Source: an uncultured Methanolobus sp. | GTDB taxonomy: Archaea > Halobacteriota > Methanosarcinia > Methanosarcinales > Methanosarcinaceae | NCBI GenBank assembly: GCA_963675495.1 | Contig: OY776215.1 | Span: 1,376,001 to 1,440,000 of the forward strand | Length of the DNA stretch: 64,000 nt | Reading direction: 5' to 3' | Notes under the pieces: model-generated | What the model was told of the DNA's origin: nothing | The model's database searches: none | What the model saw: only the letters and a program-made list of their open reading frames with translations | Shown: piece after piece, positions 38,258 through 49,551 of the stretch | How the letters are laid out: each line of letters opens with the position of its first letter | Numbering within the stretch: position 1 is the first letter of the stretch | Position numbers and translations under genes: made by a program

Positions 38258-38683
38258 TATTATGACCTCTGAAATCAAAAGATGGCAAACCACCTTATAA
38301 TGATGGATAGTAATTATATCATGCTCAAGGGACTCATTACATGTAAAGGTTGTGTTAAGAGCACACGACTAAAAGAAAACAAATTGGATACAGAAGAAAA
38401 TACAAAGTACAAAACAAGCAACTGCGACCGTACCAACATGAGATACATAGCTAATTACAAAATCAAGTACACTTGACATGTTGCGGCATGCTGCTCTCTA
38501 ATGAACGGTAACCGGGCATAAATATTATAAAAATAAGGCCATATTGACAGATAATAAATGTTCAAAATTGTGGCCAATGTGCTAAAACAAGAACAAAAGA
38601 CAACATTAAAAGAAAAATATATATACTGCATATACCAAATACGGTTAGCAGTGGTAATCGCATAATGATTACGAGGTGACATC

Positions 38684-38974
38684 ATGTCTGAAACAAGAAA
38701 TTTTGTGTTAAGAGACAAGAAAGGAAATGAACATGGGGTATTCACCGGAAAACAGCCAAGACAGGCTGCTTTGAAGGTTGCAAACAGAGGAAAAGGAAGC
38801 AAAAAGAAGCCAGAAGACATCAGGCTTCGTGAGCGCGGAACAAAGAAAGTCCACGTGTTCAAAGGCTGGAAAGAAATGGTCGACGCACCAAAGAACAAGC
38901 CAGACTGGATGCCTGACAAGATCAACAAGCCATTTGTTAAGAAGGTCGGTATTGAAAAGCTTGAGAAAGTCTGA
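38684..38974 (+). CDS. Non-histone chromosomal protein MC1
   Basis: RNFVLRD..GNEHGVFTGKQPRQAALK...IRLRERGTKKVHVF. Confidence 0.95.
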   Translation: MSETRNFVLRDKKGNEHGVFTGKQPRQAALKVANRGKGSKKKPEDIRLRERGTKKVHVFKGWKEMVDAPKNKPDWMPDKINKPFVKKVGIEKLEKV

Positions 38975-39146
38975 ATTCCATAAGGGACCCATTTCATGGG
39001 TCTTTTTGTTTTAAAAAGCTTTTTTTACATATCTGCTCCCTGTGGCAGAAGTAACTTTTAAACCATTTGATCATATTAGTAATAAGCTCCGGAGTTATAG
39101 CTATGCAGATGCCGGACTTATAAAAAATCATAGCAGGTATAATATA

Positions 39147-40040
39147 ATGACACTTAATCGAGAGAATGTACTGATCGAAGCATTGCCATACATTAGGGAC
39201 TTCCATGATTCGGTAATGGTTATCAAAGTTGGTGGCCATGCAATGGTCAATCCAGAGGTAATGAGTGATATCATACAGGATGTCGTCCTTCTGAGATTTG
39301 TAGGGATACATCCCATCATAGTCCACGGCGGTGGCCCGGAAATCTCTGAAAAGATGAAACGCATGGGCAAAGAATCCCAGTTTGTAGGTGGCCTGCGAGT
39401 CACAGATGACGAAACACTAGAGATTGCGCGCATGGTCCTTGTGGGCAACATCAACACAGAGATCGTAGCACTCATCGGAAAACACGGTGCCAAGGGGATC
39501 GGACTTTCCGGAAAAGACGGAAAGATGATCATAGCAAAGAAAAAACCATTCCAGAAGGTCATGATCGAGAACGTTGAACATGAAGTAGACCTCGGATGGG
39601 TAGGAGATACGGAAATAATCAACCCGGAACTGCTTAACATCCTTATCCGTGAAGACTATATACCCGTCATATCACCAATTGCCATGGACATCAGCGGCAA
39701 AGCACTTAACATAAATGCAGATACAGTCGCCGGTGACATTGCAGCTGCCATGAAGGCTAAGAAGCTCATTCTGATGACCGATGTGCCAGGATTACTGAAA
39801 GATCTTAATGACAGAAGCTCACGCATATCAAGGGTTGCCATTGATGAAATCGATGACATGATCGACAGTGGGCTGATCTCAGGCGGGATGATACCAAAGA
39901 TGAGAAGTGCCGCAGGTTCAGTAACAAGCGGAGTTGAAAAAATCCATATAATAGATGGAAGCATTTCCCATTCAGTACTGCTTGAACTATTCACAGACAC
40001 CGGAATAGGTACAATGGTCTACAAAAAGGAAGATGAGTGA
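39147..40040 (+). CDS. argB: Acetylglutamate kinase
   Basis: IKVGGHAM, VHGGGPEI, GLRVTD, NINAD, GGMIPK. Confidence 0.95.
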   Translation: MTLNRENVLIEALPYIRDFHDSVMVIKVGGHAMVNPEVMSDIIQDVVLLRFVGIHPIIVHGGGPEISEKMKRMGKESQFVGGLRVTDDETLEIARMVLVGNINTEIVALIGKHGAKGIGLSGKDGKMIIAKKKPFQKVMIENVEHEVDLGWVGDTEIINPELLNILIREDYIPVISPIAMDISGKALNINADTVAGDIAAAMKAKKLILMTDVPGLLKDLNDRSSRISRVAIDEIDDMIDSGLISGGMIPKMRSAAGSVTSGVEKIHIIDGSISHSVLLELFTDTGIGTMVYKKEDE

Positions 40041-40059
40041 GAACTCATCTTAATTAATT

Positions 40060-41100
40060 TCAATCTGTTATCGGACTGCCAAATGTGTGGTCGTCGAGTT
40101 CTAAGACCTGCTCCCATAGATCTTTACAGTCACATGAGAGATGCTCAAAGCATGAAAGATCCTGCGTGAGTGAGAAAAGCCTGATTGCATCTGCAACGGC
40201 ATGACTGCATTCCCTGCAGTTGCGCGGACCTCTTTTTGAACCTGCACCCACTGGGTCGGATGTGATAATCATATCCGGGAACTCTTCCTTTGTTCTTTTC
40301 AATATCTCGACAATACTCCATAACCAGGGAGGACGATACTGCTTCCTTTCCCAGAGATATTCCACATATGTGCCACGCTGGACATTACAGAGATTGATGG
40401 AAAACGTATCAGAATACTGTGCAGCATCACGTACGGTCTTTACAATATCCTCCAATGCATCTTTCTCCGACAAGAATAGCGGCTTAAGCATTAGATAGGA
40501 TTTAACTGTTGCACCATTTGCTCTTGCCACAGTGGCAGCATCGGTGAAGTTCTTGAAAGTAAAACCTTTGTTAATGGATTGTTTGCGAATGGTATCTGAA
40601 CTTGTCTCAAGACCCGTTGCAACTTCAAAATCCGTGTTTTTGAGAATACTTACACAATCTTTCACACTTTCCTCAGTTATAAACTCAGGACGTGTTTCAG
40701 CCAGCACTTTTACGATCCTTTCATCTGCATCAAGCTCGGCAAGCATCTTGTGCCGTACCTCAAGAGGTATCTCTTTTGTATCAAGGAAACTGCCCGAAGT
40801 GAATATCTTGACCATGAACTTATCAAAGTCTGAAGCTTTCCTCATTGCCCGGGAAAGCTGAGCCATCAAGTCATCATCAGAGGGAACGGTCTGTGCACTG
40901 TCATAGACATAGCCGCACATGGTGCATCCTCCTGCCTTGCCCCACCAGCACCCTGATGTCTTGAAAATTATAGTGATGGTGTCTATCTGCCCGGTGCTAA
41001 GAACATCCTTCCCGGTCCATGCTGCAGCAGGCTCATTGGAAGGAGAGGGTTTTATCCTCTGACGGTTACGAATATCAAGGACTGCTTTATTAAGTGACAT
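40060..41100 (-). CDS. Radical SAM enzyme, archaeosine synthesis RaSEA (COG1244)
   Basis: GCWWGKAGGCTMCGY (Cx6Cx2C), KIFTSGSFLD, YRPPWLWS, GPRNC. Confidence 0.85.
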   Translation of the reverse strand: MSLNKAVLDIRNRQRIKPSPSNEPAAAWTGKDVLSTGQIDTITIIFKTSGCWWGKAGGCTMCGYVYDSAQTVPSDDDLMAQLSRAMRKASDFDKFMVKIFTSGSFLDTKEIPLEVRHKMLAELDADERIVKVLAETRPEFITEESVKDCVSILKNTDFEVATGLETSSDTIRKQSINKGFTFKNFTDAATVARANGATVKSYLMLKPLFLSEKDALEDIVKTVRDAAQYSDTFSINLCNVQRGTYVEYLWERKQYRPPWLWSIVEILKRTKEEFPDMIITSDPVGAGSKRGPRNCRECSHAVADAIRLFSLTQDLSCFEHLSCDCKDLWEQVLELDDHTFGSPITD

Positions 41101-41129
41101 TTGCCTGAACTCTTATATAAATCAATTAT

Positions 41130-42044
41130 TCACTCGAATTCTATTGTAGCAGGTGGTTTTGGAGTAATATCATACAGGACCCTGGCAACAGATGGTATCT
41201 GTGCAGTAATCCTTGATTCGATCTTCCTGAGAACTTCCCATGGAAGCTCCATTGCTTCTGCGGTCATGCCATCCCTTGAACCTACTGCCCTTATAGCAAC
41301 GATCCAGCCGTGAACTCTCACGTCACCCTTGACACCTGTACCCTTGCCAACAATCGCGGCAAAGGTTTGCCATGGATGGAACTGCTCTACAAGTTCTTCC
41401 TCAACAATTGCGTTGGCTTCTCTTACAGCCTCTACAAGTTCCTCTGTGACCTTGCCAACGATCCTTACTGAAAGACCAGGGCCCGGGAAAGGCATCCTTT
41501 CGGAAATCTCATCAGGAAGTTCCAGTGCACGGGCAACCTCGCGGACCTCATCCTTGTACAGATCATCTATTGGTTCTACAATTGCCTTAAAATCCATAAC
41601 AGAAGGAAGACCGCCTACGTTATGGTGTGATTTTATTCCACCTTCTGATTCGATCCTGTCAGGGTAGATGGTTCCCTGTATAAGATATTCAGCCTTCAGT
41701 AATTTTGCTTCATCTTCAAAAACACGTATGAAAGCCTCACCGACTGCCTTACGTTTTTCTTCAGGGTCCTCGATACCGGCAAGTGCCGAAAGGAAACGGT
41801 CTTTTGCATCCACTACCTCAAGGTTCATGTCAGAAAAAATTTCCTTGATCCTCTCAGTCTCGCCTTTTCGCATCAGGCCTGTATCTATGTATATAGGTGT
41901 CAGCTTATCGCCAATTGCACGGTGTGCAAGGATAGCACAAACGGAACTGTCCACACCGCCTGAAAGTGCTATGATGGCAGGACCATCGATCTGCTGCTGA
42001 ATCTTTTCTATTGCCTTAGGAATGAATTTGTCTACTTTTACCAT
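41130..42044 (-). CDS. guaAB: GMP synthase subunit B (ATPPase)
   Basis: [42 protein letters not shown]. Confidence 0.95.
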   Translation of the reverse strand: MVKVDKFIPKAIEKIQQQIDGPAIIALSGGVDSSVCAILAHRAIGDKLTPIYIDTGLMRKGETERIKEIFSDMNLEVVDAKDRFLSALAGIEDPEEKRKAVGEAFIRVFEDEAKLLKAEYLIQGTIYPDRIESEGGIKSHHNVGGLPSVMDFKAIVEPIDDLYKDEVREVARALELPDEISERMPFPGPGLSVRIVGKVTEELVEAVREANAIVEEELVEQFHPWQTFAAIVGKGTGVKGDVRVHGWIVAIRAVGSRDGMTAEAMELPWEVLRKIESRITAQIPSVARVLYDITPKPPATIEFE

Positions 42045-42226
42045 GAATGAGAACTCCAAAAATGGGATTTACCCTGAAATAGTATTTCGTACATATTAAT
42101 GCTCTCCCGAACATAAGAGACTTACCAGAGAGAAAAAACAAAAATCCACCAAACACTTTCACCCTGCTTAGCAGACAATTAAATACACCGGTTACGTATA
42201 TGCAGGAAAACAAGTATGGTCTAAAA

Positions 42227-44323
42227 ATGCATAAGACTCTCCAGAAGTACTTTGGATATTCTGATTTTCGTCCTCTTCAGGAAGACATAATTAACGATGT
42301 CCTCAATGACAAGGACACTTTTGTACTTATGCCGACAGGCGGAGGCAAGTCACTTTGTTACCAGCTTCCTGCTCTGCTCAAAGATGGCATTACAGTAGTT
42401 GTTTCACCCCTTATTTCCCTCATGAAGGATCAGGTCGACAGCCTCACGGAAAGCGGAGTAGATGCAGCATACCTTAACAGTACTCTGAAACCTGCAGAAT
42501 CCAGGAGAATATATGAGGAACTCAAAAGGGGAGAGATAAAGATACTGTATGTGGCACCTGAAAGGCTGACCATGTCGAGTACTATCACGCTTCTAAAGAG
42601 CCTGAATGTAAGTCTTTTTGCAATTGATGAAAGTCATTGTATCTCCGAATGGGGACATGATTTCAGGCCGGAATACCGCAAACTCAATTTTCTTAAGAAA
42701 AAGTTCCCCGAAGTACCCATCATTGCACTTACCGCAACAGCCACTCCTAAAGTGAGGGAAGATACAATAAATCAGCTTGGCATCAGCCACGGCAAAACAT
42801 ATGTTGCAAGTTTTGACCGTGCAAACCTTTTCTACCGGGTCAGAGCAAAGAAGGACACATATGATAATTTACTCAAATACCTGAGAAAGAAGAGAGGAGA
42901 AAGCGGTATAATCTACTGCCAGAGCCGAAAGACAGTTGACACCCTTACTAAAAAACTCAGGAAAGACGGATTCAATGCCCTCTCATACCATGCGGGACTT
43001 AAAGACAGCCAACGAGAAACGAATCAGGAGATGTTCATAAAGGACAGGGTCAACATCATCGTCGCCACCATTGCCTTTGGAATGGGAATCGACAAACCCA
43101 ATGTCCGTTTTGTTATTCACTATGATCTTCCAAAGAATCTCGAGAGCTATTATCAAGAAACCGGCCGAGGAGGCAGGGACGGACTTGAATGCGAATGTGT
43201 ACTTTTTTTCAGCCGGGGTGACAGGTTCAAGATCGAATATTTCATCAAACAGAAAGACAAGAAGGAAGAGAGAGACATTGCCCTTAAGCAACTCAGCGAA
43301 ATGGTGGATTACTGTGAAAGCAACATCTGCCGCAGAAAAGTGTTGCTCAAGTATTTCGGAGAAGAAACTATAGAAGACAATTGTGGGAAATGCGATGTAT
43401 GTCTGCAACCACGCATAGAGGTTGACGGAACAAATGATGCAAAGCTGCTTATAAATTGTATAAAGGAACTTGACCAGAGATTTGGCATGAACCATGTCAT
43501 TGATGTACTTACAGGTAGCAGGGCAAAAAAGATCACAGACAAGAAACACCAGCTTCTCAAGAATTTTGGTCAGGGCGATATGTATCCTAAAGCTGACTGG
43601 ATGGATATGGCCCGGGACATGGTACGTCAAGATGTCATCAAAGTGGAAGGTGCACGTTACCCACTTCTTAAACTTAACAGGAAGAGTGAGGAAGTCCTGT
43701 CCGGCAAAAGAATGGTGACCTTTACACGAAAAGTAGACGAAGAGGAGCAGGCCGATTATGAACCAGTGACACGGTCTCTTGAAAAAGAAGAAATATCTGA
43801 ACGGTCACCTTCTGTGTTACACAGGAAGGTAAGTAACGATCCTGACAAAGACCTTTTTGAGAAACTTAAAGAATTGCGCATATCCATGGCTCAAATGCAG
43901 GATGTGCCACCATATATCATATTTGCCGATACAAGTCTTCGCCAAATGGCCACTAAAAAACCTGAAAATAATGAAGAGCTGTTGAAGATCACAGGTGTCG
44001 GCGAGTATAAACTCAAGAAATACGGAAAGTTCTTCTTGAAAGAGATTGCAAAACACCGAGATGAATTGGAAGGAAATAAGCAGGCTGAACATGAACTGAA
44101 AATTTTGGAAAATGAAGTGCAAAAGAAAACCGTAAAACCTGTATCAACTGCACCTCCGGCAAGTTCAAAACCGAAACTTGAAAAGGAACTTCTGGTAAGG
44201 ACAATGAATGCCCTTGAAGAAGATGTTGTCAAAATGATAAAAGACAAATTAGGAGGCGTTTTTTCCGAGGAAGAAATAAGAAATATGTATCAATCCCTTA
44301 TAAAGGAAAATGATACAAACTAA
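42227..44323 (+). CDS. recQ: ATP-dependent DNA helicase RecQ
   Basis: MPTGGGKSLCYQLP, DESHCISEWGHDFR, ATIAFGMGIDK, Zn-binding CRR..CGKCDVC, HRDC. Confidence 0.95.
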   Translation: MHKTLQKYFGYSDFRPLQEDIINDVLNDKDTFVLMPTGGGKSLCYQLPALLKDGITVVVSPLISLMKDQVDSLTESGVDAAYLNSTLKPAESRRIYEELKRGEIKILYVAPERLTMSSTITLLKSLNVSLFAIDESHCISEWGHDFRPEYRKLNFLKKKFPEVPIIALTATATPKVREDTINQLGISHGKTYVASFDRANLFYRVRAKKDTYDNLLKYLRKKRGESGIIYCQSRKTVDTLTKKLRKDGFNALSYHAGLKDSQRETNQEMFIKDRVNIIVATIAFGMGIDKPNVRFVIHYDLPKNLESYYQETGRGGRDGLECECVLFFSRGDRFKIEYFIKQKDKKEERDIALKQLSEMVDYCESNICRRKVLLKYFGEETIEDNCGKCDVCLQPRIEVDGTNDAKLLINCIKELDQRFGMNHVIDVLTGSRAKKITDKKHQLLKNFGQGDMYPKADWMDMARDMVRQDVIKVEGARYPLLKLNRKSEEVLSGKRMVTFTRKVDEEEQADYEPVTRSLEKEEISERSPSVLHRKVSNDPDKDLFEKLKELRISMAQMQDVPPYIIFADTSLRQMATKKPENNEELLKITGVGEYKLKKYGKFFLKEIAKHRDELEGNKQAEHELKILENEVQKKTVKPVSTAPPASSKPKLEKELLVRTMNALEEDVVKMIKDKLGGVFSEEEIRNMYQSLIKENDTN

Positions 44324-44336
44324 CGTACAAGTCCAA

Positions 44337-44465
44337 TTATTCGCAGGTATCCAACAAATGTCTTTTTGGGCGAACCCTGGAATCACCTGGGTGAATTGGA
44401 CCAACTTTAGCCACTTTTACATCATCCTTTTTCTGCTTTTTCTCTTCAGGGGTTTTTTCTTCTAT
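44337..44465 (-). CDS. Putative small protein, 42 aa (ATA start)
   Basis: SD GGAGGTG 6 nt before ATA; (M)EEKTPEEKKQKKDDVKVAKVGPIHPGDSRVRPKRHLLDTCE*. Confidence 0.45.
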   Translation of the reverse strand: MEEKTPEEKKQKKDDVKVAKVGPIHPGDSRVRPKRHLLDTCE

Positions 44466-44532
44466 ATAACCCACCTCCAATTATAGATTAGATTTTGGAA
44501 TATTAAAAGTTAATTAAAACAAAAAAGACAGT

Positions 44533-45291
44533 TCACATCATCATGAACTGCATTGTAAGATAAAATATAAGGTCCCCAAAAACCACTGCAGTTATAAAAC
44601 CTGCAGTTATAGGAATCATGAATGGGAGCCCGGGGGTTATCCACACACCCTCCTTTACTTTGCCTTCCTTACGGTAACTTTTCAGTTCAGATATAACATC
44701 AGAACTAAGTTCAGTACCTGATCTGGAAAATTTGAATTCAATACCATCCTTTGTCTTGCCATATGACTCGATCATACGGAAGTGTCCTTTTTCCAGCTTC
44801 GATATAGGCATGATGTAACCGATGAACATATAGAAAGGGCGCTTCAGTGATTCTGATGGATTTTTAATCAGGTTGTACAGGAAAAGCCCTATTGGAACTA
44901 TTATTGTGAGTATTATAGAGTTGCCAAATACACTAAATGCAAACAAATTGATAAGCGGAATCCCATCAAGCGGAAGTGAAGTCGAACCTATCGTAATTAC
45001 CGGGAACGTAGGGATTATCAGCGAAATTACCATCAACACCTTTGCATCCGCCCCGCCAAAAGCACCAAACTGGAAAAGCATGTATACAAAAGCAAAGATG
45101 AATATGAAAGAAAGGATGTTGCGTATAAGGTATGGAAGACCATATGTCATGAGATCATACATTATGAAGATGAATCCAACACCGAACATCATGACCCATA
45201 CTTCATTGGCTACACGGCGGGTTTTGATATCAGCGTAACAGGCATACAGTAAAAAAGGCATGCATGCAAGAACTTTGAGTATTTCCATCAT
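44533..45291 (-). CDS. flaK: Prearchaellin/prepilin peptidase (A24, FlaK-like)
   Basis: YADIKTRRV, FGGADAK, VWITPGLPFMIPI. Confidence 0.85.
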   Translation of the reverse strand: MMEILKVLACMPFLLYACYADIKTRRVANEVWVMMFGVGFIFIMYDLMTYGLPYLIRNILSFIFIFAFVYMLFQFGAFGGADAKVLMVISLIIPTFPVITIGSTSLPLDGIPLINLFAFSVFGNSIILTIIVPIGLFLYNLIKNPSESLKRPFYMFIGYIMPISKLEKGHFRMIESYGKTKDGIEFKFSRSGTELSSDVISELKSYRKEGKVKEGVWITPGLPFMIPITAGFITAVVFGDLIFYLTMQFMMM

Positions 45292-45292
45292 T

Positions 45293-46573
45293 TCAGTATT
45301 TCTCCCATTTCTTAAGTTTCATGACCTCTGACAGGGTCGAACCCCTGCGAATCTCCTCAGAAAGACGTTGTTCAGTTTTCTCGACTTCTTTTGCACGCCT
45401 GGCAATCTCATAAGCACGTTCCTTTGGAATTACCACTACGCCGTTATCATCTCCAATGATATAATCGCCAGGACTGACGGACTGGTTACCACAGACTATC
45501 TCAGAATTTATCTCACCAAATCCTTTTGGCTCACCTGCATTGGGAACGTTGCTGCTTGCAAAGACAGGCAGCCCTATTTTACGGATCTCATCTATATCCC
45601 TCACCGCCCCATCAACGACGACACCAGCTATGCCTTTGTTAAGACAGCTCAGGGTTGCCAGGCCACCCCAGGGCGCAATATTCCTGCTGCCATTGTAAAT
45701 GACAATTACATCCCCTTTTTTTGCCTCATCTATAGCCTCAACTGCCTTGGCCCAGTCACCTTTAAAAGTCTGTACTGTTACCGCAGTACCTATCATTTTT
45801 TTTCCGGGCAACATAGGAAATATATCCTGCATGGCTCCTTTGCGGTGCATGGCATCGGAAATGTTTGGAGTAGAAACACCTTCCAGTATCTTTCGAATCT
45901 CCTCTTCCGGAGAGCTTTTCAATATTGGTGCTGCAGAAGGAGAATCCACACTTTGCCGGATAGCCTTTGCTGAAGCGATCACATTAGATGAACGGACAAT
46001 GTTCCCGCCAACTATCACAATGTTCGCACCAGCAACAACGGCTTCAGAGCACGATGATGCATCAAGACCACCTGCTACTGCAACGGGGATACTCACCTGT
46101 TCCACGACTTCTTTCATTATAGCAAGTGAATCCTGACCTTTCATCTGCTGGTCTATGCCAGCATGCACATTAATGTAATCAACACCCATTTTTTCCATTT
46201 CGATGCTGCGGGAAACAGGGTCATTAGCAGATATCAGGTCTGCCATTATCTTAGCACCATACTTCTTTGCGGCACGTATCGCTTCCTGGATTGTAGAATC
46301 ATCAGCGCTTGCAAGCACAACCACAATATCAGCACCCGCTTTAGCACCCATTTCAACTTCCATTGAACCGGTATCTGCTATTTTCATATCTGCGATGATT
46401 GTCCTGTCGGGAAAGTGTTTCCTGAGCTCCCTTATGGCATCCATTCCCTCGCTTTTTATGAGAGGGGTCCCGACCTCTATCCAGTCAGCACCTCCCTCAA
46501 GGGATTCTTTTGCTATCTGTATTGCTCTGTCCGTTTCTAAAAGGTCAAGAGCGACCTGAATGATTGGTTTGAT
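45293..46573 (-). CDS. Hexulose-6-phosphate synthase fused to an RraA/MenG-like domain
   Basis: Frame extends 43 codons upstream of the ORF-track ATG to include IQVALD and WIEVGTPLI; ADMKIAD; C-terminal [10 protein letters not shown]...[10 protein letters not shown]. Confidence 0.88.
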   Translation of the reverse strand: MKPIIQVALDLLETDRAIQIAKESLEGGADWIEVGTPLIKSEGMDAIRELRKHFPDRTIIADMKIADTGSMEVEMGAKAGADIVVVLASADDSTIQEAIRAAKKYGAKIMADLISANDPVSRSIEMEKMGVDYINVHAGIDQQMKGQDSLAIMKEVVEQVSIPVAVAGGLDASSCSEAVVAGANIVIVGGNIVRSSNVIASAKAIRQSVDSPSAAPILKSSPEEEIRKILEGVSTPNISDAMHRKGAMQDIFPMLPGKKMIGTAVTVQTFKGDWAKAVEAIDEAKKGDVIVIYNGSRNIAPWGGLATLSCLNKGIAGVVVDGAVRDIDEIRKIGLPVFASSNVPNAGEPKGFGEINSEIVCGNQSVSPGDYIIGDDNGVVVIPKERAYEIARRAKEVEKTEQRLSEEIRRGSTLSEVMKLKKWEKY

Positions 46574-46670
46574 ATGATCACCTTTGGAAATACTTACACT
46601 ACCAAAATACTTGAAAACCTATAAATTTAATCACGCAAAAATGGTATATTGTGAAATAATAGGGGGAAAA

Positions 46671-47111
46671 ATGACTGAAAACGAAGAAATATCAGATAAG
46701 GAACGACAAAAATTACTGAACAGACTTCACAAATGTCTTTTTTGGGTAGGAGAAAAGATACCAAACAAAGTATGCATCGAAGGAAAAGATGTAAATCTTC
46801 ATGAAGTTGTCTGGGAAATCGTTAATAAAGCCAAACTGGAAGAGGCTGACCTGGAAAATATAGAGAGCTTTCTGGATCTCTTAAGTGACAAAGAAAAAGA
46901 ATACGAGAACTGTCTTGAACATGAGCGTCTGAGCCGTGATGAGGCTAAAGAACTCTTTGACCGGGCTGCAGGCGTTATGCGAGCTATTATGGACCTCAAG
47001 GAACTGACAATCTCCTCCAAGAGAAAAGTCATTTTCAAAAACAGGCACATATGCAACGATGTGAATACAGATGATTGGAATTCATTGACAGAAGATATAA
47101 TAGAAAAATGA
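46671..47111 (+). CDS. Conserved archaeal hypothetical protein (DUF5788-like)
   Basis: ERQKLLNRLH..LFWVGEKIP; SD GGGGG before ATG. Confidence 0.65.
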   Translation: MTENEEISDKERQKLLNRLHKCLFWVGEKIPNKVCIEGKDVNLHEVVWEIVNKAKLEEADLENIESFLDLLSDKEKEYENCLEHERLSRDEAKELFDRAAGVMRAIMDLKELTISSKRKVIFKNRHICNDVNTDDWNSLTEDIIEK

Positions 47112-47162
47112 ATGCTGGATATCAGGCAACTATTATATCCCATGTAATGCCTTTAGTAGTCA

Positions 47163-48089
47163 ATGAAATTCAAGGAACAACATATCATTTCCATGAGGGA
47201 ATTCTCAAGGGAAATGATCGATCATATCCTCAATGCCGCTGAAAAGATGGAGCCCATTGCGCATGGGAAACAGAAATCAGATCTTCTTGCCGGAAAAGTT
47301 CTTGCAGTCCTCTTTTTTGAACCTAGTACAAGGACGAGAATGTCCTTTGAAACTGCAATGCTAAGACTGGGCGGAGACGTGCTTAATTTGGGCTCCGTGG
47401 ATGCAAGTTCCATAGCTAAGGGAGAAACACTTGCAGACACCGTGAGAGTTGTTGATGGATACGTCGATGCTATTGTGTTGCGTCACCCAAAAGAAGGGGC
47501 AGCGCAACTGGCATCTGAGTTTTCAAGAGTACCCATTCTTAATGCAGGAGACGGTGCAGGACATCATCCAACACAAACATTGCTTGACCTTTATACCATT
47601 AAACGTGAAAGTCACCTTGAAGGAATAAAAATTGCACTTGCAGGTGACCTGAAATATGGAAGGACAGTTCACTCCCTATGCTATGCGCTATCCCATTACG
47701 GTGCCAATATAACATTGATATCACCAAAAGAACTGAGTATGCCAGAAGAGATAATCAGTGACATCATAGCTCGAGGTGCAAAGATCGTTGAAACGGATTC
47801 CATTGAGGATGCCATCAATGATGTTGATGTGCTTTATATGACACGTATTCAGAAGGAAAGATTCCCGGACCCGGCTGAGTACCAGAAGGTTGCCAACAGA
47901 CTGAAAATCACAATGGAAACATTGAAAGATGTGAAACCGGAATTGAAGATCATGCATCCTCTTCCAAGAGTTAATGAGATAGACACCGGAATTGACGATA
48001 CACCTCACGCTTGTTACTTTAAACAGGCATTCTACGGAGTGCCTGTAAGAATGGCACTTTTAGGACTGGCACTGGGGGCAATAGAATGA
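47163..48089 (+). CDS. pyrB: Aspartate carbamoyltransferase catalytic subunit
   Basis: [33 protein letters not shown]. Confidence 0.97.
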   Translation: MKFKEQHIISMREFSREMIDHILNAAEKMEPIAHGKQKSDLLAGKVLAVLFFEPSTRTRMSFETAMLRLGGDVLNLGSVDASSIAKGETLADTVRVVDGYVDAIVLRHPKEGAAQLASEFSRVPILNAGDGAGHHPTQTLLDLYTIKRESHLEGIKIALAGDLKYGRTVHSLCYALSHYGANITLISPKELSMPEEIISDIIARGAKIVETDSIEDAINDVDVLYMTRIQKERFPDPAEYQKVANRLKITMETLKDVKPELKIMHPLPRVNEIDTGIDDTPHACYFKQAFYGVPVRMALLGLALGAIE

Positions 48090-48556
48090 CTGAAATCGAA
48101 ACAGAACTGAGAGTACGCAGGATAGAGAATGGGACTGTAATAGACCATATAACTGCAGGTAAAGCCTTAATTGTGCTTAAAATACTCGGTCTTCCGGATT
48201 CATCTCAGGGAGTTGTGAGTGTCCTGATAAATTCCCATGGAATATACGGAAAAAAAGATGTTGTAAAGATAGAGAACCGTGAACTTAAGGCTGAAGAGGT
48301 CGACAGGATAGCTCTTATTGCACCCAATGCAACGATCAACATCATACGTAATTTCAATGTAACACGTAAGAACAAGGTGCATATCCCCTCTTTTGTAGAA
48401 GGTGTTGTGGGATGTATAAACCCTAATTGTATTTCAAACAGCAACGAACCAATCACGTCTAAATTCAAAGTAGCTAATGAAGACACAGGCCTGAAACTCA
48501 GATGCTTTTATTGTGGCAGAGTGATATCAGAGAATATTGCAGAGAATCTACTCTAA
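48086..48556 (+). CDS. pyrI: Aspartate carbamoyltransferase regulatory subunit
   Basis: [22 protein letters not shown]. Confidence 0.96.
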   Translation: MTEIETELRVRRIENGTVIDHITAGKALIVLKILGLPDSSQGVVSVLINSHGIYGKKDVVKIENRELKAEEVDRIALIAPNATINIIRNFNVTRKNKVHIPSFVEGVVGCINPNCISNSNEPITSKFKVANEDTGLKLRCFYCGRVISENIAENLL

Positions 48557-48759
48557 GACAAGTTAAAAAATAAAAAGAAGAAACGTTTGGAGGTAGTAAC
48601 CATGGCATTAAAATACACACGTTACATTTCCAATTATATATTTACACATATATAATATGGTTGGCCATTGTTCATGACCTATTGTTTGGTTTTGTGTGCA
48701 CAGAAAAAGATAAATGTGCCATAAATGAACATGAACAAATCAAAAAAAAGGTTTTGCCA

Positions 48760-49551
48760 TTAAAGGCCAAGAATATCCCGCATAGTATAAAGCCCGGGTT
48801 CAGCATTGCCGATCCATGCAGCTGCTTTTACTGCACCACCTGCAAATGACTGCCTTGAATGAGCTTGGTGTTTTATCTCAATTCTTTCACCGTCACCGGC
48901 AAAGAGAACTGTGTGGTCTCCTGCAATATCCCCACCACGAACAGCATGTATACCTATTTCTTTTCCGCGGGGAGCAAGGCCTTCACGACCATAGACATAG
49001 TCCTTGCCACCCAGAGCTTCACTGATAACTTCAGCAGCGCCTTTTGCAGTACCACTTGGAGCATCTTTCTTCTGGTTGTGGTGGGCTTCTATGATCTCAA
49101 TGTCCGTATCAGGAAGATATTTTGCAGCTTCACTGAGGATCCTGAAAAATACGTTTACACCAACTGAGTAATTAGGTGAGATTATTCCTGCAACATTATT
49201 TTCTACAATTGAATCTTCAATTATTTTTTTCTGTTCAGGGGTAAAACCGGTCGTACCTATGACAAGGCTTACACCGGATGCTGCCGCCCTTGGGGCATTG
49301 ACAACTGTAGCATTTGCAATTGTAAAATCAATAAGTACCTTTGTACCGGTTTCCTTTAGAACGGATTCCATGTCACTTACATCAGATATCGGTACACTCA
49401 AAGTTCCAATCTGGGCTACCTCACCAACATCCTTACCAATGTTCATAAGGTCAAATGCGGCTGTTAAGCAGAGATCTTCAGACCTGAGTATATTGTCAAT
49501 GATGAGCCTACCCATCCGTCCTGAAGCACCTGTGACTCCAACATTTATCAT
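48760..49551 (-). CDS. dapB: 4-hydroxy-tetrahydrodipicolinate reductase
   Basis: GASGRMG, GTTG, EAHHNQKKDAPSGTA. Confidence 0.96.
   Translation of the reverse strand: MINVGVTGASGRMGRLIIDNILRSEDLCLTAAFDLMNIGKDVGEVAQIGTLSVPISDVSDMESVLKETGTKVLIDFTIANATVVNAPRAAASGVSLVIGTTGFTPEQKKIIEDSIVENNVAGIISPNYSVGVNVFFRILSEAAKYLPDTDIEIIEAHHNQKKDAPSGTAKGAAEVISEALGGKDYVYGREGLAPRGKEIGIHAVRGGDIAGDHTVLFAGDGERIEIKHQAHSRQSFAGGAVKAAAWIGNAEPGLYTMRDILGL

Noticed and set aside
38282-38997. ORFs 38282..38476 and 38455..38997 around MC1
   Set aside because: AT-rich divergent promoter region or antisense to MC1; no motifs.
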